Below are positions 9,022-18,836 of a stretch of DNA of 33,811 nucleotides, in pieces. Positions within the stretch are counted from its first letter, which is position 1; the number at the start of each line of letters is the position of its first letter. Position numbers and translations under genes: made by a program. This DNA comes from Eubacteriales bacterium (GTDB lineage Bacteria; Bacillota; Clostridia; Oscillospirales; CAG-272). Location: positions 1-33,811 of the forward strand of contig JAZQDY010000066.1 in the NCBI GenBank assembly GCA_045547015.1, given 5' to 3'. The notes beneath the pieces were generated by a model. That model worked only from the letters and a program-made list of their open reading frames with translations. It did no database searches and had not been told where the DNA came from.

Positions 9022-11232
9022 TTATCCCCGTTCGCCGGCAGCGGAACGAAGCCACCGGAGAAGTTCCGATTTATCAAGACTTGTTTTTTCCTGTATGTAC
9101 ACATACTGAAAAGCATAGATTTCGCGGACCGGATCCATTTCGTTCACCTGAAAAAGCCGCAGTTCTTCAAAAACGCGCAGAATAATCTTTAATTTCCCGT
9201 AAGGAACAGGCGTGCCCAATGTACGAAGCAAATGAGAAAGTGCCCGGATACTGAACACCTCATGTCCCAGATACAGCTCTTTCTTCAGGGTGTTATAAAC
9301 AGTTCCGCACAATGCGCGGTCCGGTAAAATATCCAGCACATCTGCCGGGTCAGGTGCACTTCCCTCTCTGTACGCATCATCTACCCGCTTATACTGGGCC
9401 GCTTCCTTTTCCTCAAACTGACGGGTTTCATCGGACAGTCGGAATTCTTTCAAAATAAACTGCAGTGATTTCTTGCCTTGAAACGCATTCACATCCAGAT
9501 TGTACAATACATCCACTGTATCGCCGGGATATACGTCTATATCCTGCAGTCCGTGACGGAAATACATAGCCGTCACGTCGATTCCGTCCTTGGTCAACTT
9601 GAAACGGATATGCTTACCTGCACCTACCGCCGTTATATCAGAAACAGTCATAGGGAACGTAGCAAAAAGCGGCACGGTGTTTCCAACGCCGTATGGCTCC
9701 AGTGCATAGAGTTCTTCCGCCTGCCGCATTGTCAGATCCGAGGCGGTAAGCTCACAGTCCACCTCTACGGCAGGTTGGGGAATACCGTCAGCAAAATGTG
9801 CACGGGCATATTCGTTCAGCCGCTCACAGAAAACAGGAAGATTCTCCCGCCGCACCGTAAGACCTGCCGCCAATTCATGGCCGCCGAATTTTTCCAGAAC
9901 GTCCGAACAGGATGCAAGCGCATCCACCAGATTCATGCCCTTAATACTGCGGCCGGAACCTTTTCCCGCATCATTGGGAGAAGGCACATGTTCTTCGCTG
10001 TCCTTATCAAAGGAAATTAAAATGGAAGGACAGCCGTACTTTTCTGTAATCCGGGAAGAAACAATCCCGATAATACCGTGATGCCAATGTTCGTCTGCGA
10101 GAACGATCACAGGATCCTTTGAAAACTCGTGTTCTGCGTCAATACGGGCGTACGCCGCCTCCACGATTTTATTTTCTTCATTGTCCCGTTCCCGGTTGAT
10201 ATCACACAGCTTATATGCCAGATGATTGGCTTTCTCCGGATCTGTTTCCAAAAAAAGCTGTACGGCAATAGACGCATCCCGGATGCGCCCGGCCGCATTG
10301 ATGCGCGGCGCCACGGTAAAGCCGATCAGTGAAGACGTCACACGGCGCGGCGACTTACTTTTCGAATCGTTGGCGGCGGCATCCAGAAGGGCACGCACCC
10401 CTTCGCGCGGGGATCGCTCGATCAGCTGAAGCCCCAGCGCCACGATCAGCCGATTCTCATCCCGGACCGGCATTACATCCGCCACCGTTCCGATGGCAAC
10501 AAGATCCGCACATTCCATAGCAACGGTACGCACACAGTCACCAAGGGATTTCTCCGGATGCAGACAAGATTCCATAGCGCAGAGCAATTTGAACACAACA
10601 CCTACGCCGGCAAGTTCCTTGAAAGGATACTCGTCGTCCGGTCTGTGCGGATTCACAACGGCAGCCGCCGCAGGCAGATCGCCGTGGCATTCGTGGTGAT
10701 CCGTAATTACCAGTGTAATGCCGAGTTTTTCAGCCAGAAGTGCTTCCCTCTGTGCGGTAATGCCCGTATCAACCGTAATAATCGTCCGCACGCCGTCATC
10801 TGCCAGTTTTTGCACAGACGTCTCCGACATGCCGTAGCCTTCTCCCGTTCTGCAGGGAATATAGTACGTCACGTCAGCCCCCAAACGGGAAAGAAACGTA
10901 TACAGTATGCTGACAGAAGTTACCCCGTCCACATCGTAATCACCGAAAACGGCAATCTTGTCGTTCTTTTCCACAGAAGCAATGACAGTCTCTGCTGCGG
11001 CACGCATATCCTGCATAAGAAAAGGATCGTGAAACAGTTCTTCCCGCTTTGCAAGAAATGCATCCGCCCCTTGCGGCGTCCTGCAGCCGCGATTCACCAG
11101 CAGCTGTGCCGTGGGATACGCAAGCGACAGAGAATCCGCAATAGCGCGCACTGCATCACTATTTTGTATATCGTCAGCGGTGGCTCGTATGAACCACTCT
11201 TTTTCCGCGTATTTATTCTGGTTAAAAGACAT
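9022..11232 (-). CDS. recJ: single-stranded-DNA-specific exonuclease RecJ
   Basis: DHH-family motifs are present: FGDYDVDGVTS, TVDTGI, VITDHHECH, and DHHA1-type GGHELAAG. Confidence 0.92.
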   Translation of the reverse strand: MSFNQNKYAEKEWFIRATADDIQNSDAVRAIADSLSLAYPTAQLLVNRGCRTPQGADAFLAKREELFHDPFLMQDMRAAAETVIASVEKNDKIAVFGDYDVDGVTSVSILYTFLSRLGADVTYYIPCRTGEGYGMSETSVQKLADDGVRTIITVDTGITAQREALLAEKLGITLVITDHHECHGDLPAAAAVVNPHRPDDEYPFKELAGVGVVFKLLCAMESCLHPEKSLGDCVRTVAMECADLVAIGTVADVMPVRDENRLIVALGLQLIERSPREGVRALLDAAANDSKSKSPRRVTSSLIGFTVAPRINAAGRIRDASIAVQLFLETDPEKANHLAYKLCDINRERDNEENKIVEAAYARIDAEHEFSKDPVIVLADEHWHHGIIGIVSSRITEKYGCPSILISFDKDSEEHVPSPNDAGKGSGRSIKGMNLVDALASCSDVLEKFGGHELAAGLTVRRENLPVFCERLNEYARAHFADGIPQPAVEVDCELTASDLTMRQAEELYALEPYGVGNTVPLFATFPMTVSDITAVGAGKHIRFKLTKDGIDVTAMYFRHGLQDIDVYPGDTVDVLYNLDVNAFQGKKSLQFILKEFRLSDETRQFEEKEAAQYKRVDDAYREGSAPDPADVLDILPDRALCGTVYNTLKKELYLGHEVFSIRALSHLLRTLGTPVPYGKLKIILRVFEELRLFQVNEMDPVREIYAFQYVYIQEKTSLDKSELLRWLRSAAGERG

Positions 11233-11234
11233 AT

Positions 11235-11699
11235 TTACTCATCCATTTCACTACTTTCACAACGATTCACAGTAACAATTCGAACACGAGGTGTCTTGGT
11301 TCGATTGATTCGATCCACTATCAGTGCCGGTACAAAAGCGATAATAAAGCCGACAAGGGCGCATACAGCAGGCGCATATGGGAAAGAGAAAATACGCTGA
11401 CCGATCAGATAAAACAATACAGTTCCGAATATAGGCGCGAGAAAAACAAGCGCAGCATAAAGAAGCACCGTTTCAGAATCCGTTTCGATTTCAACGTCAT
11501 CACCGGCTTTGGCACCGATGCTGTTGTCCGCATCGGCAATCATTTCACGGGCGCTGCCCAGCATCAGACTGCAGGCACAGGATTTTCCCTCGGAGCGGGC
11601 TGCACATCCTTCGCACATAGCGGAGCGAAGAACGCGGACACGGGCGATCTCAGCAGAATCGCCCGTCGTTTCTATAACTGTTGCCTTTTGGCGCATCAC
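11235..11699 (-). CDS. RseC/MucC (SoxR-reducing system) family protein
   Basis: 154 aa. An N-terminal beta region carries a Cys cluster (CEGCAARSEGKSCAC), followed by two TM helices, which is the architecture I associate with the RseC family. Its start overlaps the upstream stop by 4 nt. Confidence 0.65.
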   Translation of the reverse strand: MMRQKATVIETTGDSAEIARVRVLRSAMCEGCAARSEGKSCACSLMLGSAREMIADADNSIGAKAGDDVEIETDSETVLLYAALVFLAPIFGTVLFYLIGQRIFSFPYAPAVCALVGFIIAFVPALIVDRINRTKTPRVRIVTVNRCESSEMDE

Positions 11700-13318
11700 A
11701 TTTCCTCCGAATGACTGAGATGAGAATAACGTGCCATAATTGCCTGTGCCACGCGGATACCGTCTACTGCCGCACTCATAATACCGCCGGCGTAACCGGC
11801 GCCCTCACCGCACGGATAGATGCGGTCATAGCCGAGTGCCAGGAGTGTACCATCCCTGCGAAGAATCCGCACCGGAGCTGAGGTACGGGTTTCCACCCCG
11901 GTCATGGGAACATCTGCAGCATCAAAACCGCGGATTTTTTTGCCAAAAGCAGGAAGTCCCGCCTCCAGCATCGAAGTCACGAACGGCGGCAGAATTTTAT
12001 GAAAATCCGTCATTACAACATCACCGCCGCGGTAGCTGGGCAGAATACGCGCCGGCACTGTTCCCTGCTTTCCATGCAGAAAATCGCCTACCGTCTGACA
12101 AGGGGCAGCGTAGGTCCTGCCGCCTGCCGCAAAAGCAGCCTGTTCCAGCGCGCGCTGGAATTCTATCGCCCGGAGCGGGTCCGCGCCGTAATCGGCAGGA
12201 TGCACAGATACAGCAAGCGCCGCATTAGCATTACGTCCATCACGGGCACGGCAGCTCATGCCGTTGGTTACCACGCCGCCTACCTCCGAGGCAGCAGCAA
12301 CTACTTCTCCCCCGGGGCACATGCAGAAAGAATACACGCCGCGCTCCCCGCTTCGAAGAGAGAGGGCGTAATCTGCATGCGCCAGACCGTATTGACCGAC
12401 AAGAGATCCATACATAGCTTCGTCAATCTCCGCCTGCAGATGCTCAATACGCACGCCTACAGAAAACGGCTTTGCTTCCACAGAAAAGCCTGATGTAAGA
12501 AGCTCCGCATAGAGATCCCGTGCACTGTGTCCGGCGGCAAGCACCAATGCACCGAAAGGGATTCGTTCCTGTCCTACGTAAAGGTGATCGGAAGAAATGC
12601 GTTCCGCACAGGCGTTGTACAAAATCTCTCCGCCCAGCGAACGGATACGGGCATCGGCCCGCTGTATCACATCGCGGAGAATATCTGTGCCGATATGGGG
12701 CTTTGCACGCCAGAGAATATCTTCCGGCGCTCCCAGCGCCACCAGCTGTTCCAACACGTAGCCGCATCGTTCATCACTGATACGCGTAGTAAGTTTTCCG
12801 TCGGAAAACGTACCTGCCCCGCCGGCACCAAACTGAATATTTGTACCCGGATCAAGATCACCGCCGCTGGAAAAAGTGTTCACCGCACGGATTCTCTCTG
12901 CAATGGATCCGCCGCGCTCCAAAACAAGCGGACGAAAACCGTGTTCGGCCAAAAGCAGCGCAGCGAAAATGCCGGCAGGTCCAAACCCGATGATTACCGG
13001 ACGTGCCTGCATAGGTTCACTGCCGTGAGGGACAAAAAGCGGTACACGGTCACTGAACTTGATTCCCAGTTTCTTAAGATACGTCTCGTCTGCCGGGCGG
13101 AGGCACTCTGCTTCCGCATAAACGGAGCATACGAAGGTTATATTTTCACGTCTTCTGGCATCAATGGATTTCCGGTGCATTTCAAGCCGCTCCGGATCAC
13201 CGAATACTTTCGATTTTCTGAGGATCCGCCGCGCCGCATCAAAAGCAGCCGCATCTGGCTCTGCAACTGGAATACGGATGTTTTCAATCAGCAGACGGCG
13301 CGTTGTCGTTTTCATCAA
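11696..13318 (-). CDS. FAD-dependent protein (COG2509-type uncharacterised dehydrogenase)
   Basis: Dinucleotide-binding motif VIIGFGPAGIFAALLLAEHGFRPLVLERG. Length of about 540 aa and the C-terminal GEGAGYAGGI motif are typical of this family (from memory). Confidence 0.75.
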   Translation of the reverse strand: MMKTTTRRLLIENIRIPVAEPDAAAFDAARRILRKSKVFGDPERLEMHRKSIDARRRENITFVCSVYAEAECLRPADETYLKKLGIKFSDRVPLFVPHGSEPMQARPVIIGFGPAGIFAALLLAEHGFRPLVLERGGSIAERIRAVNTFSSGGDLDPGTNIQFGAGGAGTFSDGKLTTRISDERCGYVLEQLVALGAPEDILWRAKPHIGTDILRDVIQRADARIRSLGGEILYNACAERISSDHLYVGQERIPFGALVLAAGHSARDLYAELLTSGFSVEAKPFSVGVRIEHLQAEIDEAMYGSLVGQYGLAHADYALSLRSGERGVYSFCMCPGGEVVAAASEVGGVVTNGMSCRARDGRNANAALAVSVHPADYGADPLRAIEFQRALEQAAFAAGGRTYAAPCQTVGDFLHGKQGTVPARILPSYRGGDVVMTDFHKILPPFVTSMLEAGLPAFGKKIRGFDAADVPMTGVETRTSAPVRILRRDGTLLALGYDRIYPCGEGAGYAGGIMSAAVDGIRVAQAIMARYSHLSHSEEM

Positions 13319-14586
13319 TTCAATCTCACCTGCACCTGATATTCGCCGACCTCATATACGTTTCTTGCACTTGCGGAATCGATATAAATGGAAGCAGTTT
13401 TCGTAATCACGCCGGATGTATCCGCAGAATACCCGCTCAGATCCACAACGGCAGTGATATCCGAGGTTTTCAGCCACGCCAGCTGTTCCAGTGCACCGCG
13501 CACCATAACTGTAAGCGAGGGCGTGAGTATCTCATAATCAATGCCCACAGCACCGGTAACATCCAGATCCGTCACGGTATAAAACTTCGTGTACGTATTT
13601 ACATGGGTCACATTGACAACAGCACTTTCCGTACCGTCCATCACCTCGATGCCATCGGGAAGATTCAGCATTACCTGCTGAGTGATATTGCCGATAATCA
13701 TTTTCTCATCCAATACGGTGATTTCAAAAGATTCCATTCCATGAAGGACTGCGGGATCCCCGCGAAACGTCAACTGCAGCGGATCAATGGTTATCTTCAC
13801 CGTATCGTCACTGTAGTATCCGTGTTTATATCCAACGGAAAGCGGAAGTGTTTTCGTAGTATACACGGGGATATCTACCGTAACCTCCGTACGTGCCAGA
13901 CGAAGATAGGGATTTGTAATCTGGTTTCCGTTTTTATCCATCAGCACAAGCTGTCCGGATGCCTTCATGGCAGAAGTTACATTGCCCAATGCCAGAGAAA
14001 CCTCCGCATATGCCACATCTTCCAAAGCAGTTTTCGGGCCGGTAACAATAACTGTATCGTATTCAGGCTTAAGTTCTCCCATTTGCAGCTGGCTTTCTAT
14101 AGTAAACGCCGTAAGTTTTGCACGGATTTCCGTAACAACACTGGATTTTTCATCCACATACACCTGCACCGTATTCTGTGAAAGTGCCTCCATGGAAACG
14201 CCGGAAGGAAGCTTCACATCCACAGCCACGGAATGCATGCCCGGTGTATTAATCTGGGAAAGATCCGCCGAAACCGAAAAATCGTCCGCTGATAATTTGT
14301 CGATCAAACTCTTTTGTCCGATAATAGTGATATCAACCGTTGCACCGTAACCGCTGTAAACAGAGAGGCCCTGTTCTCCTTCAAGAATAGCTGTATTGGA
14401 AAGGGAAACGTCAACGGAATGAAATGTTTCCGTATATTCGGGACTGTCCACCTGCATAACGTAAAACCAAATGACAAACGCTATCAAAAGACAGAGAATC
14501 TTTGCCGTCCAATCCCCGGAACGGCGGGGCGAGGCGGTTTGCGTCTGTGCATCCAGTACGGTGGCATTTTTCTTTTCACTGTTCAC
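13315..14586 (-). CDS. cdaR: YbbR-domain protein CdaR (regulator of diadenylate cyclase)
   Basis: One N-terminal TM helix (ILCLLIAFVIWFYV) followed by repeated beta-rich YbbR-like modules. It lies immediately downstream of cdaA. GGGAGGGA sits 6 nt before the GTG at 14584-14586; the track's ATG at 14607 has no SD. Confidence 0.8.
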   Translation of the reverse strand: MNSEKKNATVLDAQTQTASPRRSGDWTAKILCLLIAFVIWFYVMQVDSPEYTETFHSVDVSLSNTAILEGEQGLSVYSGYGATVDITIIGQKSLIDKLSADDFSVSADLSQINTPGMHSVAVDVKLPSGVSMEALSQNTVQVYVDEKSSVVTEIRAKLTAFTIESQLQMGELKPEYDTVIVTGPKTALEDVAYAEVSLALGNVTSAMKASGQLVLMDKNGNQITNPYLRLARTEVTVDIPVYTTKTLPLSVGYKHGYYSDDTVKITIDPLQLTFRGDPAVLHGMESFEITVLDEKMIIGNITQQVMLNLPDGIEVMDGTESAVVNVTHVNTYTKFYTVTDLDVTGAVGIDYEILTPSLTVMVRGALEQLAWLKTSDITAVVDLSGYSADTSGVITKTASIYIDSASARNVYEVGEYQVQVRLN

Positions 14587-15523
14587 TGTTCGTCCCTCCC
14601 ATCTCATTGTTTGCGGCAGTCACATTGCCATCCTCGGAAGATGTCTGCTTTTCCTCAGCGGATTTGCCGCGTCCAGTCCTCCCCTTCTTGAAGCGGCTGA
14701 CTGCTTTTACCATGTGTGACTCGCTCTCCGGGATCAGATATGACTGCAGTTCTGTTTTCAAGGATTTCGCCTGGAATCCCCGTTTCAGAATACCGTCCCG
14801 TGCCACGGAAATCACACCCGTTTCCTCAGATACAACAACGACAAGCGCATCACTGTTCTCACTCATGCCGATAGCGGCACGGTGACGGGTGCCCAAGTCC
14901 TGGGTAATATCGGATTTGGCAGACAGGGGCAAAAGACATCCTGCAGCATACAGTCTGCCGTCGCGGACGATAACAGCACCGTCGTGAAGAGGCGATTTAT
15001 CAAAAAATATGTTCTTAATCAAAAAAGAGGAAGGATCTGCGTTGATAACCGTGCCGGTCAGGATAAGATCACCAAGTTTAGTGGTACCTTCCATAACAAT
15101 CAGGGCACCGGTGTGTTTTGCAGACATATCGGAAACAGCAGTGCAGACAGCATCAATCAAAGCTTGTGCAGCGGCATCACTTTTCTGCTCAGAAATACTG
15201 CGAAAACCGCGCAATGATTCTCCGCCCATTTTTTCCAGTGCGGAACGAAGCTCCGGCTGGAATACGATAACCAGGGCAATCAGACCGACCTGGAACACAT
15301 TCGTCAGAATATATTGGAGCGCGTGCATCTCCAAAAGATCGCTGAGAATCAAAAACAGAATAATGAAAGCAACGCCGAGGGCCAGTTTTCCTGCCCGTCG
15401 ATCCCGTATGAATTTATAAACACAGTACAGGAGAAATGCAACACAAATGATATCCACGACATCAAGAAAAGATATGCGAATCCGTGAAAAGCTGCCCAAA
15501 GCGTCTGTCAACCAACTCGGCAC
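14576..15523 (-). CDS. cdaA: diadenylate cyclase CdaA
   Basis: Three N-terminal TM helices, then DAC-domain motifs PLHDGAVIV and GTRHRAAIGMSE. GTG start with GGGGGA 8 nt upstream. It has a C-terminal Lys/Gly/Ser-rich tail of about 40 aa. Confidence 0.9.
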   Translation of the reverse strand: MPSWLTDALGSFSRIRISFLDVVDIICVAFLLYCVYKFIRDRRAGKLALGVAFIILFLILSDLLEMHALQYILTNVFQVGLIALVIVFQPELRSALEKMGGESLRGFRSISEQKSDAAAQALIDAVCTAVSDMSAKHTGALIVMEGTTKLGDLILTGTVINADPSSFLIKNIFFDKSPLHDGAVIVRDGRLYAAGCLLPLSAKSDITQDLGTRHRAAIGMSENSDALVVVVSEETGVISVARDGILKRGFQAKSLKTELQSYLIPESESHMVKAVSRFKKGRTGRGKSAEEKQTSSEDGNVTAANNEMGGTNSEQ

Positions 15524-15559
15524 GATTGAAGTCCCCCATCATAAATGTATTCAGTATAT

Positions 15560-15588
15560 ATTTTATCACATTCCCACGACTTTTTCAA
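15560..15588 (-). promoter_or_regulatory. sigma-A type promoter for cdaA
   Basis: Minus strand reads TTGAAA (15583-15588), a 17-nt spacer, then TGaTAAAAT, an extended -10 (TAAAAT at 15560-15565). Confidence 0.5.
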
Positions 15589-15765
15589 ACCTTATTTTTG
15601 TGATTTTTATAAATTTTCTCGAAAATCACGGCTTTTTTCAATAGTTTCACAAAAGAGCGGAAAGAATAGACAACCGGGAACAATATTGTTACACATATTC
15701 CGCCGGTTTCAGCATACATTAATCGCAGCAAAAACCGCAATTTCACACCAAAGGACGTACCGTAA

Positions 15766-16947
15766 ATGAAAAACAGATCCATGCCGTTCAAGGCGGCGTT
15801 ATCATTGATTCTTGCCGCAGCCGCCCTTATGGGCGTGGCTGATTACTGCATAGAAGACACACTCTCCTTACGCATAGAAGATACCTTGCCTGCCTCCTCG
15901 CTGATCCGGGTGGAAGCGGCAGACACAGTTCTTGCCGCTTCCACCGTCTCCAAACACACGCATGTTGCCAAATTATTCGGCGTTTTGCCGCTGAAAGAAA
16001 TCACTGTACGCCGATACGGAGATATTTCCCTGTGCCCGGGCGGCATGGCATTCGGCGCAAAAATGTTCACAGATGGGCTAATCGTGGTAGGCTTTTCCAA
16101 TGTTGACTGCACTGGTGCCTCTCAGCAGCCGGCATACGATGCCGGCATACGCATGCATGACGTCATTCTGAAAATCAACAACACAGTTGTTACCTCCGCG
16201 CTTCACATGTCCGAAATCGTCAGCAGTTCAAACGGAGCTCCTCTGGAATTCACCGTACGGCGCGGCAAAGAAGAGCTTCTCTGCACGGTTGTCCCCTCCT
16301 TTTCTGAAAGTGAACAGACATATAAAAGCGGTCTGTGGGTGCGGGATAATACGGCAGGCATCGGGACGATTACGTTCATCGATCCGGATACGGGCGCTTT
16401 TGCCGGACTTGGCCACGGCATCTGCGACGGTGAAACAGGTGCTCTGCTCCCGTTATCCCGGGGAATGATTGCCCGTGTATCCATCAGCGGCGTACAGAAA
16501 GGTGCAGGCGGTGCTCCAGGCGAGTTGATGGGGTATTTCGCCTCCGGAAAAATCGGCACTCTTTTGGGCAATACGACAGCGGGTGTATACGGAATTCTTA
16601 CTGAACTGCCGGAGGGTGTATCGCAAAGTACAGCGATTCCCATTGCCCTGAAAGATGAAATTACCGACGGCAAAGCACAGCTATACTGCACACTGGATGA
16701 AACGGGCGTACACAGTTACGAGGTTTCGATACGAAAAATCCGGAACGCCGCCGATCATAAGTGCATGGAGATCACCGTAACGGATCCCGCACTTATCGAA
16801 AAAACAGGCGGTATCGTCCAAGGGATGTCGGGCAGTCCGCTCATTCAAAATGGCAGGCTGATCGGTGCCGTGACGCACGTTCTCATTTCCGATCCAACGA
16901 AAGGATACGGAATTTTTATCGAAAATATGCTGGATATGGCGGAGTGA
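15766..16947 (+). CDS. spoIVB: SpoIVB peptidase (S55 signalling serine protease)
   Basis: N-terminal membrane anchor, a PDZ-like segment (GIRMHDVILKINNTVV), a catalytic His context (FAGLGHGICD) and a Ser context (VQGMSGSPLIQNGRLIGAVTHVL). Confidence 0.9.
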   Translation: MKNRSMPFKAALSLILAAAALMGVADYCIEDTLSLRIEDTLPASSLIRVEAADTVLAASTVSKHTHVAKLFGVLPLKEITVRRYGDISLCPGGMAFGAKMFTDGLIVVGFSNVDCTGASQQPAYDAGIRMHDVILKINNTVVTSALHMSEIVSSSNGAPLEFTVRRGKEELLCTVVPSFSESEQTYKSGLWVRDNTAGIGTITFIDPDTGAFAGLGHGICDGETGALLPLSRGMIARVSISGVQKGAGGAPGELMGYFASGKIGTLLGNTTAGVYGILTELPEGVSQSTAIPIALKDEITDGKAQLYCTLDETGVHSYEVSIRKIRNAADHKCMEITVTDPALIEKTGGIVQGMSGSPLIQNGRLIGAVTHVLISDPTKGYGIFIENMLDMAE

Positions 16948-16953
16948 AAATGG

Positions 16954-16982
16954 AAGCCGAGGCGGTGCGCCTCGGCTTTTTC
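16954..16982 (+). terminator. intrinsic terminator after spoIVB
   Basis: GCCGAGGCG-gtg-CGCCTCGGC (16956-16976) is a 9-bp perfect stem with a 3-nt loop, followed by TTTTT. Confidence 0.8.
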
Positions 16983-17052
16983 CTGTCACGCATACATAGT
17001 GGTCGCTCAAAATTTCTGTCCCAAATACGCACATTTTTGTCCCCGTTATTTC

Positions 17053-17081
17053 TTGACATAGGAGGCGGCATGTATTACAAT
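17053..17081 (+). promoter_or_regulatory. sigma-A type promoter for the aldolase gene
   Basis: TTGACA (17053-17058), a 17-nt spacer, then TACAAT (17076-17081), 20 nt upstream of the ATG at 17101. Confidence 0.6.
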
Positions 17082-17100
17082 ATACGTTGAGGTGATAAAA

Positions 17101-17871
17101 ATGTTGAAAGACCGTGTTAAGAATAAGGAAAAGCTGATCGGTATGTACGTACAGCTGGCAGATATCAGCATTGCACGAATCGCAGGTCTTGCAGGATACG
17201 ATTTTGTATGGGTAGATCTGGAGCACACGTATATGTCCCTTGAAACCCTCCAAGGACACGTAACCGCCCTTCGCGGCACCGGTACGCCGGTTATCGTACG
17301 CGTTCCCCAGAATGATCTGACGTTTACAAAAAAAGTACTGGAAATCGGCGTGGACGGCATTATTTTTCCCATGATCCGTACCGCGGAAGAAGCGGATAAA
17401 GCCATTCGTTCCACACTGTATCCTCCTTACGGCGATCGGGGATTCGGCCCCATGAATGCCATTGATTTCGGGATGAAAAACGTAAAGGAATACATCGACA
17501 ATACAAAGGACGAGCTGTGCCGCTTCATTCAGATCGAGCATAAAGACGCTATCGAAAATCTGGATGTGATTATGGAAAACGAATACATTGACGGCTACAT
17601 CTTCGGGCCTAACGATCTCTCCGGCTCCTACAATATGCTGGGACGGCCCTTTGAGGATAAGATCACCGCGATCATGAAAGAAACCATCGACCGCCTGCAT
17701 GCCAACGGCAAATATACCGCCATCGCCTCCGGCGGATGCACGGAGGAAGTGATCCGCCACTGGAGCAGCTTCGACGTAGAAATGCTTTCTGCCGGCGCAG
17801 ATTTTGAATTTATCCGGGACGGCGCCATCCGGAACCGCATGAATCTGGAAAAGATTCACAAAAACAAATAA
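17101..17871 (+). CDS. HpcH/HpaI family aldolase
   Basis: GMYVQLADISIARIAGLAGYDFVWVDLEHT...PVIVRVP...LEIGVDGIIFPMIRTAEEA...YPPYGDRGFGP matches the HpcH/HpaI (2,4-dihydroxyhept-2-enedioate aldolase-like) blocks. I use the ATG at 17101 (GAGGTG 6 nt upstream) rather than the track's GTG at 17092. Confidence 0.85.
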   Translation: MLKDRVKNKEKLIGMYVQLADISIARIAGLAGYDFVWVDLEHTYMSLETLQGHVTALRGTGTPVIVRVPQNDLTFTKKVLEIGVDGIIFPMIRTAEEADKAIRSTLYPPYGDRGFGPMNAIDFGMKNVKEYIDNTKDELCRFIQIEHKDAIENLDVIMENEYIDGYIFGPNDLSGSYNMLGRPFEDKITAIMKETIDRLHANGKYTAIASGGCTEEVIRHWSSFDVEMLSAGADFEFIRDGAIRNRMNLEKIHKNK

Positions 17872-17875
17872 TTCT

Positions 17876-17904
17876 AAAAGCCGCAGTTCAAGTGCGGCTT
17901 TTTC
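17876..17904 (+). terminator. intrinsic terminator after the aldolase gene
   Basis: AGCCGCA-gttcaag-TGCGGCT stem with flanking A:T pairs, followed by TTTTT (17899-17903). Confidence 0.75.
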
Positions 17905-18016
17905 TATTCTTCACTGCATTTGGAAATATGATACACGCTCTCTGCTGTATAAGCGCCGCTTGCCTCTGTCAATACTGTCTGTATCAACCTTCAAAAGTAA
18001 GGACTGAAATACGGAC

Positions 18017-18790
18017 ATGTACTACAACAAAGTAGAAATATGCGGCGTAAACACAGCCAAACTTGCCACCCTCACAAGCGATGAAAAGCGGGAGCTTCTC
18101 CTGCGATGCAAGGCAGGTGATACGGAAGCCAGGCAAAAACTGATCGACGGTAATCTCAGGCTGGTTCTCAGCATCATTCAGCGATTCACCAACCGCAGAG
18201 AGAATCTGGATGACCTGTTTCAGGTAGGCTGCATCGGGCTTATCAAAGCCGTGGATAATTTCAACACAGAACTGGACGTAAAATTCTCCACGTACGCTGT
18301 TCCGATGATTATAGGCGAAGTGCGCCGCTATCTCAGGGACAACAACACAATCCGCGTCAGCCGTTCCATAAGAGATCTGGCGTACCGTGCGCTGCAGATG
18401 CGTGAGCAGCTGTCCCGCACGGCATCCACAGAACCCACTCTTGCGCAAATTGCCAAAGAGCTTGGGGAGAAGGAAGAAGCAGTACACCAGGCCATTGAGG
18501 CGATAGTAGAGCCGGTATCCCTGTATGAACCCATATATAACGACGGGGGCGATTCCATTTACGTAATCGATCAGATCAGCGATACCACCTCCACAGACGA
18601 AGCATGGCTGGAAAATATCGCACTGAAGGAAGCCATGAAAAAACTCACCGACCGGGAAAAGAAAATCATACAAATGCGTTTTTATAAAGGAAAAACGCAA
18701 ATGGAGATCGCTGAGGAGATCGGTATTTCCCAGGCACAGGTATCACGGCTCGAAAAAGGGGCGCTGGAGCATATCCGCAAGCAGATGTAG
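18017..18790 (+). CDS. sigG: sporulation sigma factor SigG
   Basis: The N-terminus MYYNKVEICGVNTAKL..., and the segments GNLRLVLSIIQRFTNRRENLDDLFQVGCIGLIKAVDNF and VKFSTYAVPMIIGEVRRYLRDNNTIRVSRS, are near-identical to B. subtilis SigG as I remember it. Confidence 0.92.
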   Translation: MYYNKVEICGVNTAKLATLTSDEKRELLLRCKAGDTEARQKLIDGNLRLVLSIIQRFTNRRENLDDLFQVGCIGLIKAVDNFNTELDVKFSTYAVPMIIGEVRRYLRDNNTIRVSRSIRDLAYRALQMREQLSRTASTEPTLAQIAKELGEKEEAVHQAIEAIVEPVSLYEPIYNDGGDSIYVIDQISDTTSTDEAWLENIALKEAMKKLTDREKKIIQMRFYKGKTQMEIAEEIGISQAQVSRLEKGALEHIRKQM

Positions 18791-18791
18791 T

Positions 18792-18825
18792 AAAAAACGG
18801 TGGACAATCGATCCACCGTTTTTTA
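18792..18825. terminator. bidirectional intrinsic terminator between sigG and the convergent 1332-aa gene
   Basis: AAAAA-ACGGTGGA-caatcga-TCCACCGT-TTTTT is an 8-bp stem with an A-tract on the left and a T-tract on the right. It lies between two convergent stop codons (18790 and 18837). Confidence 0.8.
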
Positions 18826-18836
18826 TGCTGTTACTG

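Noticed and set aside
15679-15690. Perfect 12-bp palindrome AACAATATTGTT in the cdaA/spoIVB divergent intergenic region.
   Set aside because: It is short and AT-rich in an AT-rich intergenic region, with no second copy and no known operator that I can match. It may be chance.
17947-17976. Forespore-type (sigma-F/G) promoter upstream of sigG: GTATA-N18-CAATACT.
   Set aside because: The -35 fits GHATR, but the -10 matches CAHWHTA at only 5 of 7 positions, and I cannot verify the spacing rules without a matrix. It is left unannotated.
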